A stretch of DNA of 64,000 bases from assembly GCA_041550235.1 (NCBI GenBank), contig JBFEPE010000003.1, positions 1,199-65,198 on the forward strand. Direction: 5' to 3'. The notes beneath the pieces are model-generated. The model made no database searches, was not told the DNA's origin, and saw nothing but the letters and a program-made list of their open reading frames with translations. This stretch comes from Minisyncoccia bacterium. GTDB taxonomy: Bacteria; Patescibacteriota; Minisyncoccia; UBA6257; JAAZHW01. Each line of letters starts with the position of its first letter. The stretch's first letter is position 1. This document shows positions 49,449-58,496 of this stretch, piece after piece. A program made the position numbers and the translations under genes.

Positions 49449-50633
49449 ATGTCAAGACAAAATATATTTATATTATCATTCGCTGGAATAATTCTCATCT
49501 TATCCATTATCATAATTTGGTGGATTTTTAGTTCTGAGAGTGAAGTGCTGAATCCGGGGCAATTATCATCGGGATTGCCCGAGCAAGAAATAGTGCTACC
49601 ATCGGCTTTGCCACAGGCAACATTGTTGCCCGAGCAGAGGCAGCAATTAAAATTAATTGCCACTGGAGACATCACTTCTTTTTGGTCTGTAGCGACAACT
49701 ACGGTTCAATATTTCAAAGAAGGAAGTGGGTTGTGGGAGGCAGAATACTTTAACCCACAAGTCCAAGAAAGCAAAATAGAATTAGGTGTTAATTTAAAAA
49801 ATGTTTTGAGTGTTTATCCTTCGTCTTTAAATAAGATATTGATTGAATATGCTCCCGAGGGCAATAATCAATCTCTTTTTTCCGTCTTGGATTTAGAAAC
49901 AAATGACTTGAAAAATTTAGATCAAAATATTTGGGCGACATCTTGGTCGCCAAAAGGAGATGAGTTGTTGTTTTATTATTCTGATAGCCCTCTTTATTAT
50001 CAAGAAGAAGAGACTCCTGAGAGTAGATATTTAGGGATAATGAATGATGATTTATCAGGCGAAGAAACAATATTCAATTTGAAAATGGCGAGGGATTTAA
50101 TTTTATCATGGATTGCAGATGATAAGATATATATAACTCAAAAACCATCTGGTTTAATAAATCAAACTTCTTTGGTCTATGACTTCAAGACAAGAACATT
50201 TGAAAATTTTTTGACAGGTAATGGCTTAATTTTGAAATGGGATAAATTGGGAAATTATGGATTGCTTTTCTTCACTCAGGAAGAGGGTAGAAATCCTTCT
50301 TTGAAATTGATAAATAAGGATGCTGTTTCGTTGGGGACATTTCCCGACATTACCCTTCCTGAAAAATGTGTTTTCTCTAATTCAGAGCCAATTCTTTATT
50401 GTGCAATATCCCAGGATATTCCGTTAGCCGCAGTTTGGCCTGATGATTATTATCAAGGGGCTTTTAATTTAAGCGAGGCAATTTACAAAATAAATTTACA
50501 GACATTTGAGGCAGAGCCATTGATTGAGCAATCTGTTTTTGAGATAAGAGGAATTGATTTAAGTCCAGATGATGCCCATCTCCTTTTCTATGATTTAAGG
50601 TCTAAGGGGCTGTATTCATTAAATGTTGAATAA
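49449..50633 (+). CDS. Membrane-anchored beta-propeller-like hypothetical protein
   Basis: TM; WSPKGD, TLPEKC, LYCA, WPDDYYQG, LSPD. Confidence 0.75.
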   Translation: MSRQNIFILSFAGIILILSIIIIWWIFSSESEVLNPGQLSSGLPEQEIVLPSALPQATLLPEQRQQLKLIATGDITSFWSVATTTVQYFKEGSGLWEAEYFNPQVQESKIELGVNLKNVLSVYPSSLNKILIEYAPEGNNQSLFSVLDLETNDLKNLDQNIWATSWSPKGDELLFYYSDSPLYYQEEETPESRYLGIMNDDLSGEETIFNLKMARDLILSWIADDKIYITQKPSGLINQTSLVYDFKTRTFENFLTGNGLILKWDKLGNYGLLFFTQEEGRNPSLKLINKDAVSLGTFPDITLPEKCVFSNSEPILYCAISQDIPLAAVWPDDYYQGAFNLSEAIYKINLQTFEAEPLIEQSVFEIRGIDLSPDDAHLLFYDLRSKGLYSLNVE

Positions 50634-50699
50634 AAAATACCCTCACGATTGCAAGGGGATATTTTTCTTAAAGAGTTATATTAAATGTTAAAAAAATTA

Positions 50700-51182
50700 T
50701 TATTCTTCTTTCCACCATTCTTCAATTGGATCTTCTTTTTTGAAATCTAATAATAAATCTTTAAGTAATGAATAGGCAGTAGTATATACAGCAATATGAA
50801 ATACATCATTTTCATTTTTGAGTTTATCTAACAATCTTAATATAACATCATAAGGCTCAGTTCCACTCATTTCATTAGTATCAGTGTCAATTATTTCTCC
50901 CGCTTCTCCCCTTATTTGAAAAAAGTAATTTTTTAATGGTCCTTTTTTAGGTTTCATTCTCCATTCCGCCAGCACTGTTTTTGATGGGTATGGTGGGAGT
51001 ATTTTTATAACTCTCACAAATCTTTTTTTTCTTTCCCTTGATAATTCTCTCTTCACTATTTCCAAAGCATCTGTCGGTGATCTAGCATTGATAATTTGTT
51101 CACTAGTGATACTTGTGTTATTATCTTTGACTATTTTATAAAAAACACGAAAAGCAATAAATACTTTTTCTACTTTTGGCAT
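50700..51182 (-). CDS. Hypothetical protein (solo unit)
   Basis: 160 aa; SD AGGAGG; minus-strand TTGACA promoter near 51279. Confidence 0.7.
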   Translation of the reverse strand: MPKVEKVFIAFRVFYKIVKDNNTSITSEQIINARSPTDALEIVKRELSRERKKRFVRVIKILPPYPSKTVLAEWRMKPKKGPLKNYFFQIRGEAGEIIDTDTNEMSGTEPYDVILRLLDKLKNENDVFHIAVYTTAYSLLKDLLLDFKKEDPIEEWWKEE

Positions 51183-51580
51183 TTTTTCCTCCTAATTTTT
51201 ATGGCCCCTTTTTATTTTTAAAAGATTTGTTTCGGTGGCAAAATCTAATCTCAACTTATCACAAAATAAAATCATGTCAAATTTTGTTAATTTAAAGATA
51301 TCGCTTATTCGGATTTTTGACGAAAAGATAGAAGGTGAGAATTAGGAATGGAATTTGATTTATATATAGTTCCTGTAAAAATATAAAACAATGGCATATA
51401 TCCCTCCCTCGCCATAGGCGAGGGAGGGATTAAAAATAATTTAAAGATGTGATTGTTTATCTTGTAAGAAAAGGAGGGAAAAATAGGAATTTTGCCCTCT
51501 TATATTATCATTTGAGTCTCCAAATGCGAATATGGATTTTTAATTTAGGCAATTAAATGATGATATGTTATAATGCAGAT

Positions 51581-51881
51581 ATGGATAAATACACAGCAGG
51601 GAAAAAAGAGGCTATTGATAATAAAAAACTCTCGAAATATGAGTATTTTTTGCCATCGCTTATAAATAAGGGCTTTGACATTAAAAATGATAAAATATTT
51701 ATCTATCTTGAAAATGCGGCAAGACTTTTGGGCGAATTAAATTCTTATGGAGATTTGTAATACCGCCAATAGATTGGTGTCTGATTTTGTTAATCTTGGT
51801 ATTTTGATTGAGAGGACTGGCTTTTCAAGAAATAGACTTTTTGGAATGGATAGTTATATCAAATTATTTAAAGATAAATAA
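51581..51881 (+). pseudogene. Fic family gene with internal deletion
   Basis: Fic N-terminus (YFLPSLIN...LENAARLLGELN) stops at 51760; C-terminal wHTH-like NTANRLVSDFVNLGILIERTGFSRNRLF...YIKLF follows in +1 frame; Fic catalytic motif absent. Confidence 0.75.
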
Positions 51882-51958
51882 CCCTGAACTACGAAATATC
51901 TCCTTTTTTTGACATTTTTTTGTTTTGTGTTATTATGTTTTCAGAAAAGGAGGTAAAA

Positions 51959-52699
51959 ATGAATAATGTTAAAGAAATCTTAAAAAAAGGAAGAAAAATA
52001 TTGTTGTTAAGACTGAGGGGTTTAAATAACCCCTATCATAACAGAGAGCATATTAAGAACGTAGTTAAATACTTGAAGATTCTTTTGAAAAATTTAAAGA
52101 GTGATTTTTTGACCAAGGAAGAAATAATGTTGCTAATTGAGTGTGCATGGAGGCACGATGATGGACATTGCGGGAATACATATCGCCAAGCCGTTTTTTC
52201 TAATGAAGGAATTAGCAATGAGGAATATGCCGTCGATCTAATGGAGCGGGATCTCAAAGGAGAATTGGATAAAAAATATGTTGATTTTTTGAAAAGACAT
52301 ATTTTGGCTACTTCTTTTGGTCAAGATAATTTAGAGAAATTGCCTAATGAAAAGTGGTTTAGATCGTATAAACCCGAATCAAACAGCGAGAAATTATTAG
52401 TTCTTGCCGATGTTATGGATTTTACAAGGCGATGGACATATTGGATCAATCAAGGAGTCAAATTTTCAAAAGAATCATCTCGAAAATTTAATGGTTTGGA
52501 TGATTTCCTGAAAATGGAAATAGGATTCATTGCCTATGTTAAAAAAATAATTGGTGATGCAGAATACCTGCTTTCTGATAACTTTCTTAAAAAATTAAGA
52601 AAAAAATTGGAAAAGAAAAAGATTAAAATTGAAGAGTTGATGAATAAAAATACTTCGAACAGAAATCATCTTGCCGACAGACTGAAATTGAATAAATAA
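51959..52699 (+). CDS. HD-domain protein resembling class I cyclic nucleotide phosphodiesterase (solo unit)
   Basis: NPYHNREH, HDDGHCG, NEEYA, ILATS, LAD; SD AGGAGG; TTGACA at 51909. Confidence 0.75.
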   Translation: MNNVKEILKKGRKILLLRLRGLNNPYHNREHIKNVVKYLKILLKNLKSDFLTKEEIMLLIECAWRHDDGHCGNTYRQAVFSNEGISNEEYAVDLMERDLKGELDKKYVDFLKRHILATSFGQDNLEKLPNEKWFRSYKPESNSEKLLVLADVMDFTRRWTYWINQGVKFSKESSRKFNGLDDFLKMEIGFIAYVKKIIGDAEYLLSDNFLKKLRKKLEKKKIKIEELMNKNTSNRNHLADRLKLNK

Positions 52700-52769
52700 T
52701 ATTTTTAATCAATTCGCCTGCTAGAAATGGGGGCGGATTTTTTTGTTATAAGTTTGATTATGTGTTATT

Positions 52770-52948
52770 CTGATATTAATCCAAAAAATAATAATATTTA
52801 TTTTATTTCTGAAAAATTTGGGAGATCTTATTATGCAATGAGATGTGTCGCAAGCAAAAATGGCAAATTTAAATGCATTACGGGGTTTATAATAGCACCG
52901 AGATTGAGGTCTAAATATATCAATACATTGGGGGATTATATTTGTTAA
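52770..52948 (+). pseudogene. Possible 5'-truncated gene remnant
   Basis: Protein-like YFISEKFGRSYYAMRC...CITGF; the annotated ATG lies inside the upstream terminator. Confidence 0.3.
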
Positions 52949-52949
52949 T

Positions 52950-53072
52950 AAAAAAGAAGTTGTTATTAGTCCTACAACTTCCCAAAAAGGACAGGCACAA
53001 ATATACCATAAGTATATTCCCTGTTGTCAATTGAGCAAAAAGCTCAATGACTCAGCAACATATAGTCGCAAA
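52950..53072 (-). ncRNA. Candidate structured small RNA
   Basis: Minus-strand TGGTATAAT (-10 at 53076-53081), DnaA box 53100-53108; hairpins GTCATTGAGC/GCTCAATTGAC, AATATAC/GTATATT, ACAGG/CCTGT; terminator GAAGTTGT/ACAACTTC-T6. Confidence 0.5.
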
Positions 53073-53193
53073 CATATTATACCACATATTTTTGAAAATT
53101 GTGGATAAATAATAAAAAATGGCATAAAATAAGGATTAATCTGGATTTTTTATCTCTTGACACATTTTTTTAAATTTAATTTATAATAAAATT

Positions 53194-54657
53194 ATGAAAT
53201 ATAAGCCGACAATTGGATTAGAAATACATATTGAATTAAAAACCAAAACAAAGATGTTTTGTGGGTGTTTGAATGACCCTGATGAAAAACATCCGAATAT
53301 AAATATTTGCCCAATTTGCTTGGCTCATCCCGGAGCATTGCCATTAGCAAATAAAGAGGCAATAAGAAATGTTTTGAAATTGGGGATGGCCCTCAATGGT
53401 AAAATAGCAAAAATATCAAAATTTGATAGAAAAAACTATTTCTATCCTGATTTGCCAAAGGGTTATCAAATTTCCCAATTTGACCTTCCATTTATTGAAG
53501 GGGCAGAATTGATAATCCCATTGCCATTAGAGAAAGGGGAGAAATATCCAAAAACAAAGAAAATAAGAATTACGAGGGTTCATTTGGAAGAGGACACAGG
53601 AAGATTGGCTCATAGCGATGATAAGAAATTTTCATTTGTTGATTTTAATCGGGCAGGAAGACCATTAGCAGAATTAGTGACTGAGCCGGATATTGAAAAT
53701 GGATATCAGGCAAAAACATTTGCTGAGGAATTTCAAAGAATTTGCCGATATTTAAATATCTCTACTGCCAATATGGAAAAGGGAGAGATGAGATGCGAGG
53801 TCAATATCTCAATAGCAGAAGAGGGAAGTAAAAAATTAGGAACAAAAGTGGAGATTAAAAATCTAAATTCATTTAAGGCAGTAGGGGATAGCATTGATTT
53901 TGAAATAAAAAGACAAGGCGATATTTTAAATAAAGGCGAGGAGGTAATTCAGGAGACAAGAGGCTGGGATGAAAATAAGAAATTGACATTTTCTCAAAGA
54001 ATAAAGGAAGATGCTCATGATTATAGATATTTTCCTGAGCCAGATTTGCCAGTGATTGAAGTAGAAAAATTATTTGATTTAGAAAAGATATCATTGGAAG
54101 TCCCAGAATTGATTGCCGATAAAAGAAAGAGATTTATGGATGAATTTGAATTGGATTTTGAGCAAGCATTCTTGTTGAGTGATGATTTGGAATTATCCGA
54201 CTATTTTGAAAAGGTTTCTTCTGAAATGGATTCTGAAAACAAAAAGATTGCTTATAATTATTTAGTTGGTGATTTAAGGGCAATGATGATAAAAAATTCG
54301 TGGGGGATAGGGGATTTAAGATTTGGGGCAGAGGATTTTGCTTATTTGATTGATTTGGTGAATGATAATAAGATTTCGTCGGCTGGATTTAAGATTGCTC
54401 TTTCTGAAATGTTTGACACGGGGGCTAATCCGGATATAATAATAAGTGAAAGAAAACTTATGCAAGTTTCTGATGATAATAGTTTGTCGGAGTTCATTAA
54501 AAAAGCGATTGATGAGAATCCTTCTGCTGTGAGTGATTTTAAGAGTGGGAAGGAAAATGCTCTTCAATTTCTTGTTGGTAAAGTGATGGCTCTTAGCAAG
54601 GGCAGTGCCAATCCCCAAGTTTTAAGAGACAAGATACGAGATGAGATTGAGGGATAG
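53194..54657 (+). CDS. gatB: Asp/Glu-tRNA amidotransferase subunit B
   Basis: IGLEIH, KMFCGC, FDRKNYFYPDLPKGYQISQ, HLEED, DYRYFPEPDL. Confidence 0.97.
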   Translation: MKYKPTIGLEIHIELKTKTKMFCGCLNDPDEKHPNINICPICLAHPGALPLANKEAIRNVLKLGMALNGKIAKISKFDRKNYFYPDLPKGYQISQFDLPFIEGAELIIPLPLEKGEKYPKTKKIRITRVHLEEDTGRLAHSDDKKFSFVDFNRAGRPLAELVTEPDIENGYQAKTFAEEFQRICRYLNISTANMEKGEMRCEVNISIAEEGSKKLGTKVEIKNLNSFKAVGDSIDFEIKRQGDILNKGEEVIQETRGWDENKKLTFSQRIKEDAHDYRYFPEPDLPVIEVEKLFDLEKISLEVPELIADKRKRFMDEFELDFEQAFLLSDDLELSDYFEKVSSEMDSENKKIAYNYLVGDLRAMMIKNSWGIGDLRFGAEDFAYLIDLVNDNKISSAGFKIALSEMFDTGANPDIIISERKLMQVSDDNSLSEFIKKAIDENPSAVSDFKSGKENALQFLVGKVMALSKGSANPQVLRDKIRDEIEG

Positions 54658-54680
54658 AAAAAGAGCATTAAAATCAAAAC

Positions 54681-54870
54681 CAAAAAAAATCAAAATTTCG
54701 AATATCTAGAGAGTAAATAGAAACAGAGATATAATAATATCCCTCCCCCGCCTACGGCGGGGGAGGGATTATCCCGGCTTATAAACAAAGTAAAGAAATT
54801 TTAGATTTTTTTTGAAGCCATGTTATAAAAAGACATAAATTAGCCTCCCCCCGCCTACGGCGGGGGGAGA
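54681..54870. repeat. Short copy of the MITE-like foldback element with internal palindrome, plus a second palindrome
   Basis: AAAATCAAAATTTCGAATAT.TAGAGAGTAAATAGAAACA shared with 46924-46963; ends GAAATTTTAGATTTTTT; hairpins 54739-54769 and about 54845-54870. Confidence 0.8.
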
Positions 54871-54950
54871 GAAACATGCTTCTTGACAGATTATTTTAAT
54901 TATGATATAATTGCTAGGTCGAAAAATTATGAGTTATTTTATATAAAATT

Positions 54951-55163
54951 ATGAGTTTAGAAAACATGGAAGTAGATAAAGATCCTATTGTTTCAGGTAA
55001 AACAGAGGATATTGTAAAAAGTCTTGAGGAGCAAACTAAGGATGAGAAAGAAAAAAAAGTGGAGGCAGAGACAAGAAAAATTGCCGAAGAACTTGAAGGG
55101 GAATTAGAAAATATTCCTGGTGAAGAGGATGTGGAAAAGAAGATTGGTGAAATTTTAGAATAG
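54951..55163 (+). CDS. Small acidic hypothetical protein
   Basis: 70 aa; TTGACA/TATAAT promoter at about 54883-54911; terminator 55197-55225. Confidence 0.65.
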   Translation: MSLENMEVDKDPIVSGKTEDIVKSLEEQTKDEKEKKVEAETRKIAEELEGELENIPGEEDVEKKIGEILE

Positions 55164-55223
55164 AAAATGGAGCAAGAATAAAAACATCAAATCCTAAAAA
55201 AACCGCCCGAAAGGGCGGTTTTT

Positions 55224-55430
55224 TTAATAAGAGGATTCTCTTAATCCCTTCTCTAAATCTTTTAAAAATTCATCAGTATAAATATCAGTATTCTTAAAAT
55301 CATCTACAATATCCTTGATGGGATCCTTTATTTTTGAAGTAAAAAATTGGCTGGCTAAAACCTTATAGGCACGAGCCTGCTTCTTTAATTTATCATATTC
55401 AGTTTTTGATAGAGTTATTGTCTTTTCCAT
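55224..55430 (-). CDS. Small antitoxin-like protein
   Basis: TITLSKTEY..LK...Y...FL.DLE.GL..S; no cognate toxin adjacent. Confidence 0.6.
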   Translation of the reverse strand: MEKTITLSKTEYDKLKKQARAYKVLASQFFTSKIKDPIKDIVDDFKNTDIYTDEFLKDLEKGLRESSY

Positions 55431-55528
55431 AATGCTTATATTTTATCATAAGATATTAAAATTCTAAAATTGATAATAAGGGGGGAATTTGGTATAATTA
55501 GATAAATTAAGGAATAGATAATAACAAT

Positions 55529-56794
55529 ATGACTTATTATAAAGGCATATCAATGCTCTTATCAATTATATTAACACTTGTTTTTTCGGGACAAGTGGTT
55601 TTTTCAGCAAATTTAAATGAGCTGCAAGAACAAATCAAAGAGAAGCAATCCGCATTAGAAAAATTAGAAAAAGAAGAGGAAAAATACAATGAGGAATTAT
55701 CAAAAACCCAAACAGAAAAAAAGACATTATCAAATGAAATATATCGAATTAGAAATGAAATAAATGGATTAAACTTTAAAATAAAAGTAAATGAGGCACA
55801 AATAGAAACATTAGGATTAGAATTGAAAAAGTTAAATATAGAATCACAAAGCACAGAGGAAAAAATAGAATTAAAAAAGGTTGTTTTGGCAGAATCATTA
55901 AGAAGTCTATATGACTTAGAAAAAACAGATACAGCAATCGGCATTATATTAACAAACGACGAATTATCTGATAAAATGCTGAGCATTGAGAATGTCTTGG
56001 GTTTTGGAAAAACAATAAAGGATGATTTGGGTGAGTTAAAAGATTTGAAAAATAGACTTGAGGAACAACAAGAGGATACAAGAAATAAAAAATCGGAGAA
56101 AGAATATACAGAAAAAAATCTTATAAACAGAAAAGAAATAACATCTAATCTTGAAAAAGAAAAAGATGTCTTATTGGTGGAGACCAAAAATCAAGAAAAA
56201 AATTATCAAAATTTATTAGATGAGATAAGCAAACTTCGTGAAGAAGTAGAATCTGAAATTATCTTATTGGAAGAAACATTAAGAGCTCAAATTGACCCAA
56301 GCATGCTTCCGATGGAAATTCCCGGAATATTAGGGTGGCCAGCAGATGGTCGATTGACTCAGGGATATGGAGAGACGAAAGATGCAAAATATTTTTATTC
56401 AAGAGGAATTTATAAAAGCCCATTTCATAATGGAATTGATGTCGCCGCTTACTTAAGCACACCAATAAGAGCGGCTGAGGCAGGAGAAGTTGTCGCAACA
56501 GGAAATCAAGATAGATATTGTTATAAGGCGGCTTATGGTAAATTCGTTGTTATTCAGCATGATAATAATCTGACTACTCTATATGCTCATTTATCATTAT
56601 CTTCGGTCAAAGTTGGTGATACCGTAGAAAGAGGGGATTTGATAGGGTATATGGGCAATTCTGGGGCTTCTACGGGCTCTCATTTACATTTTTCCGTCTA
56701 TTTTAGCCCAACATTTAGGATGACGAGCAGTAAGTATTGCGGGCTAATGCCCGCCGGTGGTCCAGTAAATCCACTGGGATATTTAAAGAGGTAG
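55529..56794 (+). CDS. Coiled-coil M23 peptidoglycan endopeptidase (EnvC-like)
   Basis: Signal peptide, long coiled coil, HNGID, YAHLS, STGSHLHF. Confidence 0.92.
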   Translation: MTYYKGISMLLSIILTLVFSGQVVFSANLNELQEQIKEKQSALEKLEKEEEKYNEELSKTQTEKKTLSNEIYRIRNEINGLNFKIKVNEAQIETLGLELKKLNIESQSTEEKIELKKVVLAESLRSLYDLEKTDTAIGIILTNDELSDKMLSIENVLGFGKTIKDDLGELKDLKNRLEEQQEDTRNKKSEKEYTEKNLINRKEITSNLEKEKDVLLVETKNQEKNYQNLLDEISKLREEVESEIILLEETLRAQIDPSMLPMEIPGILGWPADGRLTQGYGETKDAKYFYSRGIYKSPFHNGIDVAAYLSTPIRAAEAGEVVATGNQDRYCYKAAYGKFVVIQHDNNLTTLYAHLSLSSVKVGDTVERGDLIGYMGNSGASTGSHLHFSVYFSPTFRMTSSKYCGLMPAGGPVNPLGYLKR

Positions 56795-56813
56795 GGACAA
56801 TAATAATAAAACT

Positions 56814-57173
56814 ATGTCAAGTATTAAAAAAATAATCTTATTATCAATAATAATTATTATGGGGTGGGGGAGTGTAGCAACTGCCTCTGTTTCTGATTGG
56901 GAAAATGTATTAGATGAGGATAATTTCAAATCTATTTTGCCAACAGATATAAAAAACTCATTAGAGAAATTTGAGAATTGGCTATCAGAAAAAACAAAAT
57001 TTATAGATGAGCAAATAAATATAAAGGATAGATTAGATGATATTAAAGATAAAATTAATTTAAATAATTTAGATATAAATTTAAAGGATTTTTTTAAGAA
57101 GATATTTGATAAGTTGGTTTTGCTATCTGGTGGCATTCTTGAATTTATAAGAAAGATATTTCCAAATTTATGA
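56814..57173 (+). CDS. Hypothetical exported protein
   Basis: Signal peptide; 119 aa. Confidence 0.65.
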   Translation: MSSIKKIILLSIIIIMGWGSVATASVSDWENVLDEDNFKSILPTDIKNSLEKFENWLSEKTKFIDEQINIKDRLDDIKDKINLNNLDINLKDFFKKIFDKLVLLSGGILEFIRKIFPNL

Positions 57174-57269
57174 AATAGTCCATAGTTATTAAGATACCCC
57201 CTCCGCCTACGGCGGAGGGGGTATCAGGAAATTATAAATTTATAAGAAAAATATTCCCAAATTTATGAA
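57142..57269. repeat. Palindrome (57193-57225) between 33-bp direct repeats
   Basis: AATTTATAAGAAA.ATATT.CCAAATTTATGAA at 57142-57174 and 57237-57269. Confidence 0.9.
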
Positions 57270-58149
57270 TAAAGAATATAAAAACTTAAAGGCGATTATT
57301 GCAACCGGCGGAATGGGGACAAGATTTTTGCCGGCAACAAAAGTTATTCCAAAAGAAATATTGCCAATAGTAGATAAGCCAATTATTCAGGTATTATCAG
57401 AGGAATTAGTTGAATCCGGTGTGACGGATATAATATTAGTCACAAGAAAAGGTGGTCAATCAATTGAAAATCATTTTGATTCAAATTTTGAATTAGAATT
57501 TGAATTAGAAAAATTAGGCAAAAAGGATTTATTAGAAAAAGTATTAGAAACAAGTAAAATGGCAAATTTTATAAATCTTCGTCAGAAAAAATTTATGCCT
57601 TATGGCAATGCCACTCCTTTGAGGATAGCAAGCGAATTAGTAAAAAATGATGAGATTTTTTTCTATCTTTATGGGGATGATATCACAATGTCTGAAATTC
57701 CTGTATGCCAGCAACTTCTTGATGTCTATCAAAAAAATCCTGATATCGCAGGTGTGATTGCTGTAAAAGAAATTGATAGAAATCTTGTTGGCAAATATGG
57801 GATTGTGAAAATAATGGACGGAACAAAAAATGTATTAGAAAAGATTGTAGAGAAGCCATCAATTGAGGATGCTCCTTCTAATTTAGTTTCATTTGGCAGA
57901 TTCTTATTTACTCCAAAAATATTGCCAATAATTGAGAAGTTGAAAGAAGGGAAGAATAATGAACTTTGGTTGGTAGATGCAGTGAGTATTTTGGCTAAAG
58001 AAGAAAAGGTTTTGATTCACAATATTGAAGGAAAATGGCTCACAACTGGAGATCCATTAAATTTTCTAAAAGCTAATTTAGAATTTGCCATTAAAAGAAA
58101 AGACATCGGCGATGATTTAAGAGATTATATTAATAAATTATTAAATTAG
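57265..58149 (+). CDS. galU: UTP-glucose-1-phosphate uridylyltransferase
   Basis: GMGTRFLPATK.IPKE.LPIVDKP, HFD, VEKPS, SNL. Confidence 0.93.
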   Translation: MNKEYKNLKAIIATGGMGTRFLPATKVIPKEILPIVDKPIIQVLSEELVESGVTDIILVTRKGGQSIENHFDSNFELEFELEKLGKKDLLEKVLETSKMANFINLRQKKFMPYGNATPLRIASELVKNDEIFFYLYGDDITMSEIPVCQQLLDVYQKNPDIAGVIAVKEIDRNLVGKYGIVKIMDGTKNVLEKIVEKPSIEDAPSNLVSFGRFLFTPKILPIIEKLKEGKNNELWLVDAVSILAKEEKVLIHNIEGKWLTTGDPLNFLKANLEFAIKRKDIGDDLRDYINKLLN

Positions 58150-58250
58150 GCGGGGAAGAGATGATTTCCGCTATATATTAAATAAAAAAGCATGCCTGTC
58201 GCAAAACATACATTGTGCGACAGATACAATGCCATTCCCCCTATATTAGA

Positions 58251-58335
58251 TTATCCACATTGACAATGGATTTGTTGTGAGTATAATAAAGACATCCTTA
58301 GAAAAGATCGCGCTTCGCGGTCTTTTCCTTTTTTT
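58251..58335 (+). other. Gene-less promoter-to-terminator unit beside a DnaA box
   Basis: TTATCCACA 58251-58259, TTGACA 58260, TATAAT 58282, then GAAAAGATCGCG/CGCGGTCTTTTC hairpin plus T-tract. Confidence 0.55.
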
Positions 58336-58496
58336 CAAATCTATTATTTCTGAATTTTAAGACGGATATTCTATCTTGACGAGGGTGGATTTCGCCTCTT
58401 TGAATAATAATTCATTTATATTATTTCAATAATCAGATAAAAAATGAAGCCGAAAAACAATTCGGTTTCATTTTTTTATTAATTCTTAACACATGG

